Shown here: positions 59,763 through 64,000 of the stretch, one piece after another
How the letters are laid out: the number at the start of each line of letters is the position of its first letter
Numbering within the stretch: the stretch's first letter is position 1
Assembly: GCA_040772485.1 (NCBI GenBank)
Contig: JAXGYC010000007.1
Location: 640,001-704,000 of the forward strand
Length of the DNA: 64,000 nt
Reading direction: 5' to 3'
From: Sedimentisphaerales bacterium
GTDB taxonomy: Bacteria; Planctomycetota; Phycisphaerae; Sedimentisphaerales; Anaerobacaceae
Position numbers and translations under genes: made by a program
The notes under the pieces: generated by a model
What the model was told of the DNA's origin: nothing
Databases searched by the model: none
The model's input: the letters and a program-made list of their open reading frames with translations, nothing else

Positions 59763-60881
59763 GCCGAGCTGCTGCGCAACTCGGGCATTGACTTCGTCGA
59801 GGGTAATGTGGGTGATGGCGTGGGCGGGGTTGGTGCTCTTGATGGCGAGGCCCCGCGTGGCGATGTCACGGCCGACGATGCACTCCGGCCGGCGGTAGGG
59901 GCCGACGCGCAGCGGGTTGGACCAACTGAACATCATCACGAGCGGCTTGCCCAGTGCGGCGGCGATGTGGCCCGGGCCCGTGTCGTTGCTGACCACCAAG
60001 CGGGCGGAGCGCAGCACCTCGACCAGCTCGGGCAGTGACGTCCGCCCGGCCAGATTCGCGATCGGGCACTTCGCGTGGCTCTGAATTCGCTCGACCATCG
60101 CGCTCTCGGCGCCGGCGCCGGTGGCGACGATGGACAACCCGTGTTCGCAGGCCAGCCGGTCGGCCAGCGCGCCAAACCGCTCGGCGGGCCAACATTTGCT
60201 GGCCTGGGCGGAGCCGGGGATGAGAACGGCATAGGGAAGTTTGAAGTTTGAAGTTTGAAGTTTGAGGTCAGAGGCTTCGCCTTCCGCAGCGTCAGCTTTT
60301 GCCTGGGACTTCACACTTGGAACTTCACACTTCAAACTGCGCCGCAACAGGTCCCGTGCAGATGCAACGGCCGCGGGCTTCTCGGGCAGGACGAACTCGA
60401 CGCCGAGGTCACAGCCCCCCATCGCCTCGATGATCTTCATGTAGTAGTCGATCACATGGACCCACTCGGCGTGTCGCGGCACGGCGGTCGTGTAGAACCA
60501 ATGGGCGAATTCCCGGCCCCAGTCCGGACCGAAGCGATGTTTGCAGCCGGAAGCCCAAGCCAGCGATGCAGACCGCAGCAGCCCCTGGAGGTCCAGCACC
60601 GCGTCGAAGCGACGCCGACGCAGGTCGCCGATCAGGGACCCGAGGGCTTTCATCGCGAACGGACAGTACCACGCCTTGCCCAGCGTCTTGCGGTCGAAGT
60701 GGATGATCTCGTCCAGATGCGGATGGCCCTCAATCAGCGGTGCGAACGCCGGACGGACCAGCCAGGTGATCCGCGCACCTGGGAAACTCCTTCGCAGCGC
60801 CGACAACGCCGGCAGCGCCATCACGATGTCGCCCAGCGAACTGGGCTTGATCAGGAGAATGTTCTTCCACGCACTGGACAT
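59748..60881 (-). CDS. Glycosyltransferase family 9 (WaaC/WaaF-like heptosyltransferase)
   Basis: ILLIKPSSLGDIV, DLQGLLRS, KCWP, VSNDTGPGHIAAALG. Confidence 0.92.
   Translation of the reverse strand: MSSAWKNILLIKPSSLGDIVMALPALSALRRSFPGARITWLVRPAFAPLIEGHPHLDEIIHFDRKTLGKAWYCPFAMKALGSLIGDLRRRRFDAVLDLQGLLRSASLAWASGCKHRFGPDWGREFAHWFYTTAVPRHAEWVHVIDYYMKIIEAMGGCDLGVEFVLPEKPAAVASARDLLRRSLKCEVPSVKSQAKADAAEGEASDLKLQTSNFKLPYAVLIPGSAQASKCWPAERFGALADRLACEHGLSIVATGAGAESAMVERIQSHAKCPIANLAGRTSLPELVEVLRSARLVVSNDTGPGHIAAALGKPLVMMFSWSNPLRVGPYRRPECIVGRDIATRGLAIKSTNPAHAITHITLDEVNARVAQQLGGRRL
60237..60338. repeat. Inverted AAGT(T/G)TG heptamer arrays inside the GT9 coding sequence
   Basis: (AAGTTTG)x4 at 60237-60264; GACTT CACACTT GGAACTT CACACTT CAAACT at 60307-60338. 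Confidence 0.9.
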
Positions 60882-61008
60882 AAGCTGCGGATTGTATGTC
60901 AACACCGGTCCGGAAGCAACGGTTGAAATGATCGCTGCGACCGGTAGAATGGCGTCCGCTGATCCAAGGGCCTATTGGCACGGACATGGGCGGGAAGGGA
61001 TTTGACGC

Positions 61009-61494
61009 ATGGCGAAGAAGGGCAAGTATGTGTACGACTGGCCCCGGCCGATGGTGACGGTCGATGCGGCGGTGTTTCGTTTCGCGCGGGGCAAGGCCTG
61101 GCTGCTGCTGGTCGAACGCAAGAAGGAACCATACAAAGGGCGATGGGCGGTTCCGGGCGGCTTCATCGAGATGGATGAGGAGTTGGAGGACGCCGTCGCA
61201 CGCGAACTGAACGAAGAGACCGGACTGACGGGCATACGCCTGGAGCAGTTGCGGGCCTTCGGCACGGTCGGTCGCGACCCTCGCGGCCGCCAGATCACCG
61301 TGGTCTTCACGGGCATCGCCGGCAAGGGGCAGACAACAGTGCGCGGGGGCGACGACGCCGCCAAGGCCAGGTGGTTTCCCATCGACCGTCTGCCGGACAA
61401 TCTTGCTTTCGACCACGATCGCGTCGCCCGCGTGGCCATCGCCCGACTGAGGCAGACAAAGGCGTATCGGCAATCCGTTACCGAGCGCCGATAG
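61009..61494 (+). CDS. NUDIX hydrolase
   Basis: GGFIEMDEELEDAVARELNEETG Nudix box; RDPRG, GDDA, LAFDH. Confidence 0.93.
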   Translation: MAKKGKYVYDWPRPMVTVDAAVFRFARGKAWLLLVERKKEPYKGRWAVPGGFIEMDEELEDAVARELNEETGLTGIRLEQLRAFGTVGRDPRGRQITVVFTGIAGKGQTTVRGGDDAAKARWFPIDRLPDNLAFDHDRVARVAIARLRQTKAYRQSVTERR

Positions 61495-61498
61495 CAGA

Positions 61499-61527
61499 TT
61501 GACAGGCCGCGACGGCGGCTCTACGAT
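61499..61527 (+). promoter_or_regulatory. Sigma70 promoter
   Basis: TTGACA-17-TACGAT. Confidence 0.6.
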
Positions 61528-61578
61528 GGCCCTGGCGTTGAGCGGTCCACCGAAACGGTCAGTAACAGGAGCACCACC

Positions 61579-61851
61579 ATGAGCGACGGCGCGTCCGAAG
61601 ACTTCATGACCCCGGCCTACCTCAAGCAGGCGATGAAAGCGTTCAAGAAGCGTCTGAAGCTGACACGGCTCGACGCGGAGTCCACGTTGGGCGGCGGACC
61701 TTTCAGCGGAGGGCGAAGTTCGGGCATCGTGGCCATCCAGCCTCCGAACCAGTATCCGCGTCAGGTATGGGACAAGCTCGTGGAGATGGGCAGACTCCGC
61801 CACGCCGGCGGCGGGCTCTACCAGATGTGCCAGGACCCCGAGGCCCATTGA
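61579..61851 (+). CDS. Small hypothetical protein
   Basis: 90 aa, AGGAG RBS, own promoter. Confidence 0.7.
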   Translation: MSDGASEDFMTPAYLKQAMKAFKKRLKLTRLDAESTLGGGPFSGGRSSGIVAIQPPNQYPRQVWDKLVEMGRLRHAGGGLYQMCQDPEAH

Positions 61852-61884
61852 CGCGCGGGCTGTTGCCGAGCGGCATGGGCCCGG

Positions 61885-63822
61885 TCACTCGCTCGAACCG
61901 GAAACGGCCTTCCTGACCTGCTGATTGAACATGCGCAACTGAACGGCGATCGCCCCGAGCGCCCACTCGATGTAGTGCAGGCGGTGTGCGGGCTTGCGGT
62001 GGCGTTCGATCATCAACCCCTGCTGGGCCGCATTCACGAACCGGGCGATCACCTGCGAGCTGATCTGCGTGGGCTGGGCTGCCCATCTCTTCAGTTGTTC
62101 GTACTGTCGTTGCAGCGCCCGGTCGGACCGGAGCTGCTCGGCGCTGAGATAGTCACCCGGATTCAGGGCCAGTTGCAGACCCTTCAGACACAGGATCAGC
62201 GGCTCGTAGTTGGCCCTCCTCTCCAACCGAATGAACTTGTATTGCTGGATGTAGGTCGTAGCCTGGGCCGGCGGCTTGTCGCCGATCTCATCGCCCCCGA
62301 GGTACCAGTTGCGACGGCTCCGTCGGGCGAAGACCAACTCTTCGCCCACGCTGCGCTGGGTGATCTCGTCATGGCCCATGCGGGACACCCAGAGGCCACC
62401 GGGTCTTCGTTCGGGCCCGCCTCCCAGCGCCAGCAGGCACTTGACGAACCCCAGAGGCAGGATGGTCTGCTCCTTGACCCGGCTCTTGAGCAGTTGGAAG
62501 GACAGGTGGAGGCTGTGCGGCTGAACCTGGAAGAAGCTGACCAGCTCGTGGATCAACTGGTTCAGCAGCCAGGGGTCGGAGCTGGCCGGCCGGGAAAGCT
62601 CGCCGGCAATGCTCAGCCTTCCCGGCGCCAGTTCGAGAAACCCCGAGGTGCGTCTTCGCTGTCCGGAACCGGTGTGGTCGTCGATGTAGCCTCCCAGCTT
62701 CCAGCAGAGCACGTCGAGGCAGAAATCGTAGAAGTACCGGAATCCGTCGTACGCCGGATCCAACGCTTTGCAGATGCTGCGCCTGGATTCGATGGCATCC
62801 GGCCCCAGGTTGCTCAGCTCCAGCTCGAAGCCGAGCGGGATAAGTCCCGGCTGGAGGTTGGAGCGAATCCGATGCAGATGGGACTCCGCCACGCGCGAAT
62901 CGAAGACACTGCGCGAAGCGCGCACGGCGTACTTCACATAGTCAATCAGATCCACTTTCTCCGACGGCATCATGTTGAGGCCCCGTTCGATGATCAGGTC
63001 CACCACGCTGCGGTTGGCGTTGATCATCCGCAAGGCCGCCACCAGACTGACCGACCGGGCGAAATACCGCTCGCTGGTCCGCATGTGCTCCAGGTCGAAA
63101 CGGTATCGGCTCTGGATCTGCTCGTCGAACTCGTTGAGCAACACCTGTCGCAGCACCAGCGACAGGTAATTGCGCAGGTATGGCTGCGCCTCCGGATCGT
63201 TCAGCAGATGGCGGATGCTCGGGCGCGGCCGGTCCAGTTCACGTTCCAGCCAGTAATCGCTGATGGCATCGGTGTGGTAGTGGCTCATGACCAGATCACG
63301 CTCGGTCGTGGCCAGCAGCTCGCGTTCGGCCAGGCGCTCCAGTTCGGCGTCGACGGTCCGCTCGCCGGGACGCGTGTGTCTCTGGAGGAACCGGTTGATG
63401 CGTTTGCGAAGCCACAGCTCGTGGATGAGATTGACGTGAAACCGGTCGCCGAAGCGTGTGCGCATCGATTCGGGCGTCACGAGGTAGGCCTGGGCCTCGA
63501 CCTTCCCATGCGCGGTGTAGACGTGGACCGTCTCCCTCTGGTAGCGTTTTCCTTCATAGCGGTCGATCTCCGCGATCGCCGAGAGGGGCACGTCATGAAT
63601 CACGAATCCTTCAATCCTGGCGTCCGGCGTCTTGACGGCGTAGTAATACACGTTGTCCGGGCTGACCCGTCGATGGCCCGGCAGAAAGGCCGGCTCGGCA
63701 AACAGCGTCTTGACGTCAATCTTCGAGGGCTTGCGCGTGAAGGCGAAGCCGCTGACCGACTTGAAGATGCGACTGTCGCGAAGCGATCCATAGATGAAGA
63801 GGTTGACTTTTCGCTTGTGCAT
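61885..63822 (-). CDS. Gamma-glutamylcyclotransferase domain fused to a large C-terminal (putative amidoligase-like) region
   Basis: N-terminal LFIYGSL...IDRYEG..Y.R...AQAY; C-terminal GFELELS, GFLEL, SLHLSF. Confidence 0.75.
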   Translation of the reverse strand: MHKRKVNLFIYGSLRDSRIFKSVSGFAFTRKPSKIDVKTLFAEPAFLPGHRRVSPDNVYYYAVKTPDARIEGFVIHDVPLSAIAEIDRYEGKRYQRETVHVYTAHGKVEAQAYLVTPESMRTRFGDRFHVNLIHELWLRKRINRFLQRHTRPGERTVDAELERLAERELLATTERDLVMSHYHTDAISDYWLERELDRPRPSIRHLLNDPEAQPYLRNYLSLVLRQVLLNEFDEQIQSRYRFDLEHMRTSERYFARSVSLVAALRMINANRSVVDLIIERGLNMMPSEKVDLIDYVKYAVRASRSVFDSRVAESHLHRIRSNLQPGLIPLGFELELSNLGPDAIESRRSICKALDPAYDGFRYFYDFCLDVLCWKLGGYIDDHTGSGQRRRTSGFLELAPGRLSIAGELSRPASSDPWLLNQLIHELVSFFQVQPHSLHLSFQLLKSRVKEQTILPLGFVKCLLALGGGPERRPGGLWVSRMGHDEITQRSVGEELVFARRSRRNWYLGGDEIGDKPPAQATTYIQQYKFIRLERRANYEPLILCLKGLQLALNPGDYLSAEQLRSDRALQRQYEQLKRWAAQPTQISSQVIARFVNAAQQGLMIERHRKPAHRLHYIEWALGAIAVQLRMFNQQVRKAVSGSSE

Positions 63823-64000
63823 AGACAGCTTGATCTGCCCCGTCGGCCGACCGCGGCGTCCGGTCACGGTTCCCGTACGATGCGCCGCCGCAGTTGCCAG
63901 AGTTCCCGGAAGGCCCTCAGGATCACACGGAGGCTGGCTCCGGTCTGCCGCCCGGCGGTGCGCGGATAGTGGTGCACCCCCCGCTGCGTGATCGTGTACC

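Overview
GC-rich bacterial chromosome segment. The gene content (eight prepilin-type DUF1559-like genes, large LamG proteins, a CotH/lamin-tail protein, a PAPGA-type PEP-CTERM protein) suggests Planctomycetota, probably Phycisphaerae/Sedimentisphaerales (inference). The left part is accessory: a tandem array of six pilin-like genes with conserved ends and variable cores, a PLD-family gene, a LamG/pilin-like/GH27 cluster, GH130, rhomboid, PEP-CTERM and an animal-type thioester (alpha-2-macroglobulin/CD109-like) protein. The right part is mostly housekeeping (Mla ABC system, tRNA-Pro(CGG), priA, lhgO, dus, tyrS, ileS, GT9, NUDIX) plus a small TA+HEPN unit and a GGCT fusion. The most unusual signal is repeat DNA. 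(1) Five distinct 7-bp tandem-repeat families occur; three form inverted pairs, one bracketing a four-helix-bundle gene, one empty between convergent genes and one inserted in frame in a glycosyltransferase. (2) Palindromic elements of about 100-125 bp sit in frame inside unusually long predicted cleavable leaders of five pilin-like genes. A candidate Ile leader-peptide attenuator lies upstream of ileS. No CRISPR array, integrase, transposase or reverse transcriptase was recognised. All calls are by eye; no database searches were run.
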